This document shows, piece by piece, positions 9,806 to 18,900 of a stretch of DNA of 64,000 bases. Where the stretch lies: contig CAWFJP010000013.1 in NCBI GenBank assembly GCA_963816145.1, forward strand, positions 160,001 through 224,000. Reading direction: 5' to 3'. How positions within the stretch are numbered: the first letter of the stretch is position 1; each line of letters begins with the position of its first letter. The translations under genes were made by a program, and so were the position numbers. The notes under the pieces were generated by a model. That model worked only from the letters and a program-made list of their open reading frames with translations. It did no database searches and had not been told where the DNA came from. The DNA is from an uncultured delta proteobacterium. Lineage in GTDB: Bacteria > Desulfobacterota > Binatia > UBA9968.

Positions 9806-11242
9806 CTAATCTTTGCGCGCGCCGCGCATGGCGGCGAATACGACCGACAGGATGCCGATGGCCGTGATCAAATGGGTCGTGTACCTGAAGGATTGCAAAA
9901 ATACTTCCGGCGCTGCCGCCCAACTGGCTGGCGACTCGATCTGCTCAGGGGTGAGACCGTTGGCACCCAATGCGAAGGTCATCACCGCGCCGGAGATAGC
10001 GATGCCCATCGCGCCGCCGATTCTGCCGGTGGTCAGCGTCATGCCAGAGGCGGCGCCGACCTTGTCGCGCGGCACCGTGCTCATGATTGCGCTCTGATTG
10101 GGTGAGTTGAATAGCCCCCAGCCCACGCCGATCAAGATTTGCGGCATGATCATTTGGAAGATCGTGGAGTGCAAAGTCAGCGAGCCGATCAAGTATTGTC
10201 CGACGATCATGATCGCGGCGCCGACCGTGCAGAGAATTCGCGAGCCGAAACGGTCCGACAAGCGGCCGGCAACCGGGGCTAACACGATGATCACGACTGA
10301 ACCGCCGATCAAGATCCAGCCCATTTGCGTCGGCGTGAAGCCCATGAGGTTTTGCAAATAGAAAGGAATCAACACGCTGACTGCGGATTGTGAGGACGTG
10401 AGAAAGAACAGACTGAGATTGGCCGCGGTGAACAACCGGTTGCGAAACAGCGACAGGCTCAGGATCGGCGTCGGCGCTTTTTGCTCGGCGCGAATGAAGA
10501 GATAGAGCGTCACTGCGGCGACGACGAAGAAGATGATGACGAGGCTGTCTTGGGCGCCGCGGTGGGGCAACCGATTAAGCGCGTAGAGGAAACAGATATT
10601 GGTCAGCAGCAGATAGGCGGCGCCGGCGAAGTCTACTTGGACATGAGTTTCGCTGGCGGGCCGTTCTTTGAGAATTTTCCAGCCGAAATAGGCGCAGGCC
10701 AAGCCCAGCGGAATGGTCAAAAAAAACACCCAGCGCCAGCCCGCGGCATCGATGATGAAACCGCCCAGCGTCGGCCCGGTGATGTAGCCGACGTGAAAAG
10801 CCATTGAAGTTATCCCCAACGCTTTGCCGCGCTCGGACACCGGCGAATTGACCGTGACCAGGGCGCGGCCGTTGGCCATGATCATGGCGCCGCCGATGCC
10901 TTGGAGGACGCGGAACAAAATCAATTGAGTTGACGATTGTGCCGCGCCGCACAGCGCCGAGCCGGCGACAAAGGTCAGAAAGCCAAAAATATAGATCCAT
11001 TTACGGCCGAACAGATCGCCTAGCCGTCCCAGTGTCAGTACCAGACCGATGACGCAGAGGTCGTAGACCAGGAGTACCCACTGAATAAATGACAGGTCGG
11101 TGCGAAAAACATGGGTCAGGGTGGGCAAAGCAATCTGAATCGCGCGATGGTTGATCGCGACCAAGGCCAGCCCTAGTGAAACTTGATAAAGCACCAACCG
11201 GGAGTGGCGCTTCTGATCGTCGCTAACGCTTGAGTCGGCCAT
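9806..11242 (-). CDS. DHA2-family (14-TM) MFS transporter, paralog of the neighbour
   Basis: IALPTL, GRLGDLFGRK, GPTLGG, WRWVFF. Confidence 0.92.
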   Translation of the reverse strand: MADSSVSDDQKRHSRLVLYQVSLGLALVAINHRAIQIALPTLTHVFRTDLSFIQWVLLVYDLCVIGLVLTLGRLGDLFGRKWIYIFGFLTFVAGSALCGAAQSSTQLILFRVLQGIGGAMIMANGRALVTVNSPVSERGKALGITSMAFHVGYITGPTLGGFIIDAAGWRWVFFLTIPLGLACAYFGWKILKERPASETHVQVDFAGAAYLLLTNICFLYALNRLPHRGAQDSLVIIFFVVAAVTLYLFIRAEQKAPTPILSLSLFRNRLFTAANLSLFFLTSSQSAVSVLIPFYLQNLMGFTPTQMGWILIGGSVVIIVLAPVAGRLSDRFGSRILCTVGAAIMIVGQYLIGSLTLHSTIFQMIMPQILIGVGWGLFNSPNQSAIMSTVPRDKVGAASGMTLTTGRIGGAMGIAISGAVMTFALGANGLTPEQIESPASWAAAPEVFLQSFRYTTHLITAIGILSVVFAAMRGARKD

Positions 11243-11248
11243 GAATCT

Positions 11249-11292
11249 AAAAAAATGAAGAGGGGGCAGTCGATATCGGCTGCCCCCTCTTC
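11249..11292 (-). terminator. intrinsic terminator after clpB and the small ORF
   Basis: GAAGAGGGGGCAG..CTGCCCCCTCTTC stem followed by a T-run on the minus strand. Confidence 0.8.
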
Positions 11293-11319
11293 TGATGGTC
11301 AGTTTTCAGAAGAAATTTG

Positions 11320-11481
11320 TCAGTCGCCGTCGCTCAGTTGCTCTTTGAGCTCGCGGCGCAACCCAGCTTTGGCGCGCTTACGCAAAACGTCTTTCTTGTT
11401 CTGCAAGATTTTCCCCGGCGGCGGCAGGTCTTTGCGGACTTTCGCTAGGCCGATGGGGATCTTTTTCGCCGCTGGACTCAA
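11320..11481 (-). CDS. small basic protein, 53 aa (not in the ORF track)
   Basis: TTG start overlapping the clpB stop, GAGGA 7 nt upstream; [53 protein letters not shown]; ends before the terminator. Confidence 0.65.
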   Translation of the reverse strand: MSPAAKKIPIGLAKVRKDLPPPGKILQNKKDVLRKRAKAGLRRELKEQLSDGD

Positions 11482-14108
11482 TGCAGGGTCCTCTGCTCCA
11501 ACGTCTCGGTGCTTGCCGCCGGCTGACCGTGGGTGAACGCTAGCTCGTCGTCTTCGACCTCCACTTTCACGGTGTCGCCTTCCTTGAACTCCCCGGCAAG
11601 GATCTTAACCGCCAGCGGGTCCTGAATCAATCGCTGAATCGTGCGTTTGAGCGGGCGCGCGCCGTACACCGGATCGTAACCCTTTTCGGCGAGCAAGGCT
11701 TTGGCCGGCTCGGCGATCTCCAAGGCCATCTTGCGGTTTGCCAAGTTCTGGCGCAACCGCTTGAGCTGAATGTCGACGATCGACTTGATCTCGTCGCGGC
11801 CGAGGCTGCTAAAAATGATCGTCTCGTCGACCCGGTTCAAAAATTCCGGCTTGAAGGCTTCGCGCAGGGCGTTGCCGACGAGCTGTTCCATCTGCTTGCG
11901 ATCTTTTTTGCCGCCCAGTTCTTGTATGAACTGGCTGCCGAGATTCGAAGTCATGATGATGACGGTATTCTTGAAATCGACGGTGCGTCCCTGGCCGTCG
12001 GTCATGCGGCCGTCTTCGAGCACCTGCAAGAGCGCATTGAACACGTCGGGGTGGGCCTTCTCGATTTCATCGAAGAGCACCACGGAGTAAGGCCGGCGGC
12101 GCACCGCTTCGGTCAGTTGTCCGCCCTCATCATAGCCGACGTAGCCTGGAGGGGCGCCGATCAGCCGCGATACGGAGTGTTTTTCCATATACTCCGACAT
12201 ATCGAGGCGGACCATCGCCTGTTCGTCGTCGAAGAGAAACTCGGCCAATGCCCGGCAAAGTTCGGTTTTACCGACCCCGGTAGGTCCGAGAAAGATAAAC
12301 GAGCCGATCGGCCGATTCTGATCCTGCAGGCCGGCGCGGGCTCGGCGCACAGCATTGGACACGGCGATGATCGCATTTTCCTGGCCGACCACGCGGAGCT
12401 TCAACCGGTCTTCCATCTTGAGCAGCTTCTGCACCTCGCCTTCGAGCATCTTCGAAACTGGAATGCCGGTCCATTTGGCGACCACTTCGGCGATGTCCTC
12501 GGCGTCGACTTCTTCCTTGAGCATCTTTTGATGGGTTTGCAATTCGGCGAGTTTCCGATTGACGGCTTCGCTTTCTTTCTGCAGTTGGCTCAAGGTGCCG
12601 TAGCGCAGCTCGGCGGCCTTGTTGAGATCGCCTACCCGTTGAGCTTTTTGTTCTTCGATTTTGGTCGCTTCGATCTTTTCTTTGATCGCGCGCAGCTGTT
12701 GGATCGCCGCTTTTTCATTCTGCCAATGGGCTTTGAGGCCGGTCGAAGTCTCTTTCAAATTGTGAATTTCCTGTTCGAGGTGAGCCAAGCGCTCCTTCGA
12801 GGCTTTGTCCTCTTCACGCTTGAGCGCCTGGCGTTCGATTTCCAGCTGCATGATTTTGCGCTCGACCTCGTCGATCTCGATGGGCATGCTGTCGATTTCA
12901 ATTCTCAATCGCGAGGCTGCTTCATCGATTAAATCGATGGCTTTGTCCGGCAAGAAGCGGTCGCTGATATAGCGGTGCGACAACGTCGCCGCGGCGATGA
13001 TCGCCGGGTCGGTAATGCGCACGCCATGATGGACTTCGTAGCGTTCCTTCAAGCCGCGCAGGATGGCGATGGTGTCTTCAACCGAAGGCTCGCCGACGTA
13101 GACTTGTTGAAAGCGCCGTTCCAGCGCCGGATCCTTTTCCACTCGTTTGCGGTATTCGTCCAGGGTTGTCGCCCCGACGCAGCGCAGCTCGCCGCGCGCC
13201 AACGCCGGCTTTAACATGTTCGACGCGTCCATGGCGCCTTCGGCCGCGCCGGCGCCAACCAGCGTGTGCAGCTCATCGATGAACAACACGATCTGGCCGT
13301 TGGCTTCGGTGACTTCTTTCAATACGGCTTTGAGCCGGTCTTCAAACTCGCCGCGAAATTTTGCCCCGGCGACCAGGGCGCTGAGGTCCAGAGAGATCAG
13401 CTTTTTGTCCTTCAATCCTTCGGGCACATCGCCGTTGACGATGCGCAACGCGAGGCCTTCGACGATGGCGGTTTTGCCGACGCCCGGTTCGCCGATCAGC
13501 ACCGGATTGTTCTTGGTGCGGCGCGACAACACTTGGATGACCCGGCGAATTTCATCGTCACGGCCGATCACCGGATCGAGCTTGCCCTTGCGCGCCAGGT
13601 CGGTGAGGTCGCGGCCGTACTTTTCCAACGCTTGATATTTTTCTTCTGGATTCGGATCGGTGATGCGCTGGGAGCCGCGAATGCTGACCAGGGCGCCGAG
13701 AATTTTATCCCGGGTCGCGCCTAGCTCTTTGAGAACTTTACCGGTTTCACCTGTGTCTTGCACCATGGCGAGGAGCAAATGCTCGGTGGAAACATAATCG
13801 TCTTTTAGTGTTTCCGCTTCGGCTTCGGCGCTTTCGATGATTTTCTTGAGCCGTGGCGTGATATAGCTTTGCCCGCTGGTGCCGGTCACTTGGGGCAGGC
13901 GGTCCAGGGCCTTTTGCAGCCGGTCGGTCAACTGGGTCAGCGGCACGCCGAGTTTTTGCAGCAACGACAAGACCACCCCTTCCTTCTGTCCTAACAGTGA
14001 AAAAAGCAGGTGTTCGGCGTCGAGGGCCTGGTGGTTGCGCTTGTCGGCAAGGGATTGGGCTTCGCGCAATGCTTCTTGGGATTTGGTGGTTAGTTTTTCT
14101 AAACGCAT
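11478..14108 (-). CDS. clpB: ATP-dependent chaperone ClpB
   Basis: Two AAA+ modules ([16 protein letters not shown]), LDPVIGRD, long M-domain, no ClpP-binding IGF loop evident. Confidence 0.97.
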   Translation of the reverse strand: MRLEKLTTKSQEALREAQSLADKRNHQALDAEHLLFSLLGQKEGVVLSLLQKLGVPLTQLTDRLQKALDRLPQVTGTSGQSYITPRLKKIIESAEAEAETLKDDYVSTEHLLLAMVQDTGETGKVLKELGATRDKILGALVSIRGSQRITDPNPEEKYQALEKYGRDLTDLARKGKLDPVIGRDDEIRRVIQVLSRRTKNNPVLIGEPGVGKTAIVEGLALRIVNGDVPEGLKDKKLISLDLSALVAGAKFRGEFEDRLKAVLKEVTEANGQIVLFIDELHTLVGAGAAEGAMDASNMLKPALARGELRCVGATTLDEYRKRVEKDPALERRFQQVYVGEPSVEDTIAILRGLKERYEVHHGVRITDPAIIAAATLSHRYISDRFLPDKAIDLIDEAASRLRIEIDSMPIEIDEVERKIMQLEIERQALKREEDKASKERLAHLEQEIHNLKETSTGLKAHWQNEKAAIQQLRAIKEKIEATKIEEQKAQRVGDLNKAAELRYGTLSQLQKESEAVNRKLAELQTHQKMLKEEVDAEDIAEVVAKWTGIPVSKMLEGEVQKLLKMEDRLKLRVVGQENAIIAVSNAVRRARAGLQDQNRPIGSFIFLGPTGVGKTELCRALAEFLFDDEQAMVRLDMSEYMEKHSVSRLIGAPPGYVGYDEGGQLTEAVRRRPYSVVLFDEIEKAHPDVFNALLQVLEDGRMTDGQGRTVDFKNTVIIMTSNLGSQFIQELGGKKDRKQMEQLVGNALREAFKPEFLNRVDETIIFSSLGRDEIKSIVDIQLKRLRQNLANRKMALEIAEPAKALLAEKGYDPVYGARPLKRTIQRLIQDPLAVKILAGEFKEGDTVKVEVEDDELAFTHGQPAASTETLEQRTLH

Positions 14109-14266
14109 ATATTTCTCCGCTGCTGAGACCTCGTCGCAATGGCGAGAACTCCGCTACCTGCAATCCTGAGTTTAGCAAAGGACTTAGTCTTGTCGCCTAC
14201 TTACGAAATCGGGATTTCTCGGTTTCGTGTCGGCTTGACAGTTACGACAACGTCTCTGTTCGTCGG

Positions 14267-14295
14267 AAGTTAAGCATCGTTGGGCGGAGTGTCAA
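14267..14295 (-). promoter_or_regulatory. candidate sigma-70 promoter for clpB
   Basis: Minus strand TTGACA-17 nt-TAACTT, about 160 nt upstream of the ATG. Confidence 0.55.
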
Positions 14296-14355
14296 GAAAA
14301 CTATCGGCACTGGGAGTAGCCGCAACCCGGGGGAAATTTAAGCGCTTGCCGGCCG

Positions 14356-15138
14356 CTAGTTTCGCGGCTTGGTTGGATCGAAGTATTCGAACATCGGCGC
14401 CGGTGAACTTGCCGCAGCCGGCGCCGATTCGGGCCGGTCAATGACAATTCCCCGGTCCTGCTGCAGCGTGAACTTATGTTTTACGGGTGTGATGGCGACA
14501 CCGCGCATTTTCTTAACGGTCACGGTGCGCTCATAGCCGGCTGCGCTTTCGGTCATCTTAAAGATTAACACGCCAGCGGCGAGATGCTCTTCGATCCCAA
14601 CAGTGGCACTCTGCGCGCCGTCGGGGCAGCGCTGCGCGGTGAAAAGGTTGGTGACGCCGATTTGAGTTTGCACCAATTGAATCAGCGAGCGCGCTTGGTC
14701 CTGTGGTGGACTGGTCACGTCCGGGGGGAGGATGAACGGTGTTACCGGATCGATAATCAGCAGCGTCGCGCCCAACCGTCTGACATAGTTGCCAAGATCG
14801 GCGACGATTTTTTGTGGATCGATGCCTTTTTCGCCGCCGCCGCGGGCGCCGAAATAAGGCGCGGCGTCGAGGACGATCAATTGTTTGTCTTGGATATAGG
14901 GTTGCAGGTTCCAGCCCAAAGCTGCGGCGGACTCCAAGATCTCCGAAGGCCGCTCATCGACGGTAACGTAGACCGCCTTATCGCCCTCTTTCAGGCGAAT
15001 TGCGACGAACTGCAAACAGGCGATGGTTTTGCCCGTGCCCGCTTCGCCGGCGAACAGATACGTGCGTCCGCGGTTGAACCCACCATTCAGCAATGTATCC
15101 AAGCCGGCGATGCCGGTGGAGATTCGCTCGTTGCTCAT
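14356..15138 (-). CDS. KaiC/GvpD/RAD55-family RecA-superfamily ATPase, single domain
   Basis: ISTGIAGLD, Walker A GEAGTGKT, YVTVDE, LLIIDP, KKMRG; start taken at ATG 15138. Confidence 0.9.
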   Translation of the reverse strand: MSNERISTGIAGLDTLLNGGFNRGRTYLFAGEAGTGKTIACLQFVAIRLKEGDKAVYVTVDERPSEILESAAALGWNLQPYIQDKQLIVLDAAPYFGARGGGEKGIDPQKIVADLGNYVRRLGATLLIIDPVTPFILPPDVTSPPQDQARSLIQLVQTQIGVTNLFTAQRCPDGAQSATVGIEEHLAAGVLIFKMTESAAGYERTVTVKKMRGVAITPVKHKFTLQQDRGIVIDRPESAPAAASSPAPMFEYFDPTKPRN

Positions 15139-15161
15139 AGGGAAAGATGTCCCGCGACCGG

Positions 15162-15890
15162 CTAACGTGTCGGCTGAATCACTAAACCTTCGCCCTTGAC
15201 GATGTCGAACTCCAATTGCGTCGGCTTGACGTTGGTGCAGCGCATTTTTTCGACGATCAGGCTGCGCGCCAGCTGGCCATCGTTGCGCCAAATCATTTCC
15301 AGGACGATGGCCCCCGCGACCATATATTCTTCGACGCCATGCATGCTGCGCTCGCCGGTTCGCGGCACGGCGTAGGAAGTGAGAACGTTGGTGGTGGCCA
15401 TCGAAGAACGCAGCAATTTGATCAGTAAGCGGCTCTGATCCTGGATCCGTGTTGCGACGTCGCGCAATAGGACAAACGGTCCGGCGGGATCGAGGACCAA
15501 ACGCTCGGCACTGACTTGATTGACGAAGGCGGCCAAGTCGCTCACCGCTTTTTGCAGGTCGATCTGGCGTTCGCGGCCGGTACCGGGAAGCGAACTCAAG
15601 TAAGTCCCGGCGTTAAGGATCGCCAACTCTTTGGTCTCGACATAGCGCTCGAAGTCCCAACCGAGGGAAGCCGCCTGTTCGAGGATGTCCAGCGGGCCTT
15701 CGTCGGCGGTAACGAAGACACCTTTCTCACCGCGCGCCAGTCCCTCGGCGAGAAACTGCAGGGCGAAGATGGTCTTGCCGGTTCCCGGCTCGCCGGTCAC
15801 AAGAATCGAACGACCCTTGGGAAAGCCGCCTTCGATCAATGGGTCCAAGCCCTTGATCCCACTGGTTACCCGTTCTGTTTGTATCATCAT
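15162..15890 (-). CDS. KaiC/GvpD/RAD55-family RecA-superfamily ATPase, single domain
   Basis: VTSGIKGLD..GGFP, Walker A GEPGTGKT, FVTADE, RLVLDP, GVEEY, EKMR. Confidence 0.92.
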   Translation of the reverse strand: MMIQTERVTSGIKGLDPLIEGGFPKGRSILVTGEPGTGKTIFALQFLAEGLARGEKGVFVTADEGPLDILEQAASLGWDFERYVETKELAILNAGTYLSSLPGTGRERQIDLQKAVSDLAAFVNQVSAERLVLDPAGPFVLLRDVATRIQDQSRLLIKLLRSSMATTNVLTSYAVPRTGERSMHGVEEYMVAGAIVLEMIWRNDGQLARSLIVEKMRCTNVKPTQLEFDIVKGEGLVIQPTR

Positions 15891-15965
15891 CGTCCTTCGC
15901 TTTGCTGCTGTTTTTGCGTCACGGTTCGATCGCCTTGCGGTTGCTACGGCATATTCTCGAAGGTG

Positions 15966-18900
15966 CTATGAGCGCCAGCGCCGTTTCCAGCCAAAACCGC
16001 TTTGCCAACGCCGTCCTGACGGCGCTGGATAGCTGGTATCGTCGCCGGAGCGGACCGCTTTGGCCAGGTCATCGAGTTTGCGCAATTGTTCCCGCTGTGC
16101 CTCGGTCAAGTTAGGTTCGCCCATGACAAATGCGCCGTCGACCGGTGCGGCTGGGTGTTCCTTCTCCGCAAGCTGTTGGCGCAAGGATTCGATTTGTTGG
16201 CGATGTTCTTGCTCTATCCCGGCAATGATCGCCTGGCGCTCTTCCAGAGCCCATTCTTTTTGACTGAGTTCGGCTTGCAGCAGGGCCAATTGCGCCTGGT
16301 ATTCCGTACGCATGCGCTCGGCATCGTCGCTGGCACTGCTTTCGGCTTGAATGGCGTTTGTCTGCAGCTGCGTGAAGCGCTCGCTCAAGCTGTCCAGTTC
16401 ACCTTTAACCCGCACCAACTCGTCGTTGCGGTTATGCAGAATTTGATTGCGTTCTTGGGCTTCGCCGATCAGCCGGTCGATCTGGCTACGGAGCGCCTGC
16501 TCGATGTCGGAACTAATGCCGACGCGGTCGTGAAGCTGGGCGGCGTTATCGGCGAGCTCGTGGCTGAGCGCATCGACCCGCGCTTGATATTCTTGGCGCA
16601 GTTGTTCGGTCCGGCTGTTGGCGCTTAGTTCACCCTGCTGCAACGCGGCTTGCAGTTCTTCGACGCGGCCTTGCAATAGGGAGATTTGCGCTTGCGCCTG
16701 GTCGATTTCCCGCCGCCGTTCTTCACTGGACCTTTGAATTTCGCTCAGATTGGCTTCAAGTTGTTCAACCTGGCTGCGATGACGCGCGGCCAGGTCATCG
16801 ATGGCCGATTGTTGTTTCATTGCGGCCGCGGATTTCTGTTGTAGCTCGTCGCGCAGGCTCGCGAGGTCGCTCTCCAGACTAGATTTGGCCTGGCTGATTT
16901 CGCGCGCTTCGCTTTCGGTGCGCGCGGTGAACGATTCCAACTGCATGATGCGATTCTGAACCGCCGTCATTTCCGCGCGGAGGCGGTCGAGTTCATCCTC
17001 ACGGCTTTGCAGCGCCGCCGTGCGCGAGTGCATTTCGTTATTGAGGCGGGTGATCTCGGCGCGCAGGCTTTCCTCGACGTTGGCCCGTACCGCGCCGCTC
17101 TTGGCCAACTCCGCCGACTTGGCGGCCAGCAAGGCGTTGGCGCTGTCCAAACGAACCGCGTATTCCTGGCGAATCTGTTCAACTTGGCTAGCGCCGGCAG
17201 CCTGGGTTTGCCGCAGTTCGGCACGGAGTTCTTCGACCTGCTGCTGCGAGGCGTCAGCTTGACTGAGAGCTTGCTCCAGTTCGCGAGTCTGCCGTTCGGT
17301 GACCGGTTGTGACTCGCTTAGCCGCGCTTCCAATTTTCGGATTTGCTCGCGGTGGACCTGTGCGAGGTTTTCGACACTCGCCTGCTGCTGTGCCAGCGAC
17401 CAGGCTTTTTGCTGCAACTCGCCGCGCAGCTCAGTGAGTTCGGTTTCCAAGGCTTTGCGCACCTCCGCGAGTTCGCTGGCAGCCTCCGCCTTGCTCCTGT
17501 CATGGAGCGTTTCGATCTCTTTGAGAGAACTGCGCAATCGGGCGTGATCGGAATCGATCGCCGCCTTGGCGGCTTCACTGCTTTGCAGAAGCTCTTCAAT
17601 TTCGGCTGTACGGTTTTTCGCTTCTTGGAGTTCGCCACGCAGGCCGGCGTTGGCGCCGCGTGCCTGGTCGAGCTGAACCTCCAACGCGGTCTGGGCGCGG
17701 GAGAGCTCTTCGCGTGCGGCGCTTAACTGAGCGATCTGGTTGTTGTGTTGGGCCTCGGTGTTTTGCCAGAGGCCCAGAGCCTGCGCATAATGGTCGTCTT
17801 TTTCGCTGAGCTGCTCGCTCAGTTGACTGACGGTCGTTCTTAGGTCGCCGATTTCGTTAGCCCGGCTGTCGGCCAACAACTGTTTCTCGGCCAATTGTAG
17901 CTGGAGCTCGTTGACCCGGTTGGACAGTTGTTCGCTCTGACCGGTGGCGCTTGCGCGCAAGCCTTCGATCTCGTTATCCTTTTGTCTGAGCTCGGCTTCG
18001 AGGGCTTCACGGCTCGTGGCGAGCTCGGCATGGGCTTGGCGTACTTCGTCGCCGGCGCTCGCAGCAGAGCTGCGTTCCTGGGCCAGCTGCTGGTGCAGCG
18101 TGGCGATTTCCACGCCCAGGCGCGCTTCGAGGTCAGCGAAAGCGCGTTCACGCTCAGCGACTTGTAACCGCAAGTTTTCAACTTGCTGGGACAGCTGTTC
18201 GGTTTGTTTTGCAGTGTTTGCGCGCAGGCTGTCGATTTCGTTATCTTTGAGTTTGAGCTGAGCGTCGAGTCGTTCGCGGGTTGCATTGAGCTCAGCATGG
18301 GATTGTAGAAGCTCCTTGCTAGCCGTTGTCGCGCTGTTGCGTTCTTGCGCCAGCTGCTGGTGCAGCGTGGCAATTTCCACGCCCAGGCGCGCTTCGAGAT
18401 CGGCGGCGCTCCGTTGACGCTCAGCGAGTTGCAATCGCAAGTCGTCAACCTGCTTGGCCAGCTCTTCGGTTTGGCCTGCGGCGTTTGCGCGCAGGCTGTC
18501 GATTTCGCTGTCTTTGACTTTGAGCTGGACGGCGAGTGCTTCACGGGCTGCCGCGAATTCGGCTTGGCGTTGAACCAGCTCTTCCTGGGCGTGACCGGCG
18601 GCGCTCCGTTCTCGCGCCAATTGCTGGTGTAGCGCCTCAATTTCTGCGCGCAAGCGCGCGTCGAGGTCGGCGACGTGGCGCTCACGCTCGGAAAGTTGTT
18701 GCGCCAACTCGCCAACACGGTGTGACAGCTGCTCGGTTTCCTTGCTGGCGCTTGCGCGCAGATCGTCAATTTCGTTTTCTTTTTGGGCCAGCTGGGCCGC
18801 GAGTTGTTCGCGCGTCGCGGCGAGCGCGGCGTGAGCTTGGCGTACTTCGTCATTGGCGCTTGCAGCAGCGCTGCGTTCTTGCTCCAGCTGCTGTTGCAGG

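Noticed and set aside
11922-13724. Long antisense ORFs opposite clpB and similar shadow ORFs throughout
   Set aside because: Expected by-products of high GC codon bias; no recognisable motifs or RBS.
14109-14260. CIRCE, CtsR box or RNA thermometer upstream of clpB
   Set aside because: No TTAGCACTC-N9-GAGTGCTAA, no convincing CtsR heptad repeat and no clear anti-SD hairpin by eye.
14356-15890. Circadian clock kaiC
   Set aside because: Single-domain proteins, no S-T phosphosites, no kaiA/kaiB in the window; two separate starts and a clean stop argue against a frameshifted kaiC.
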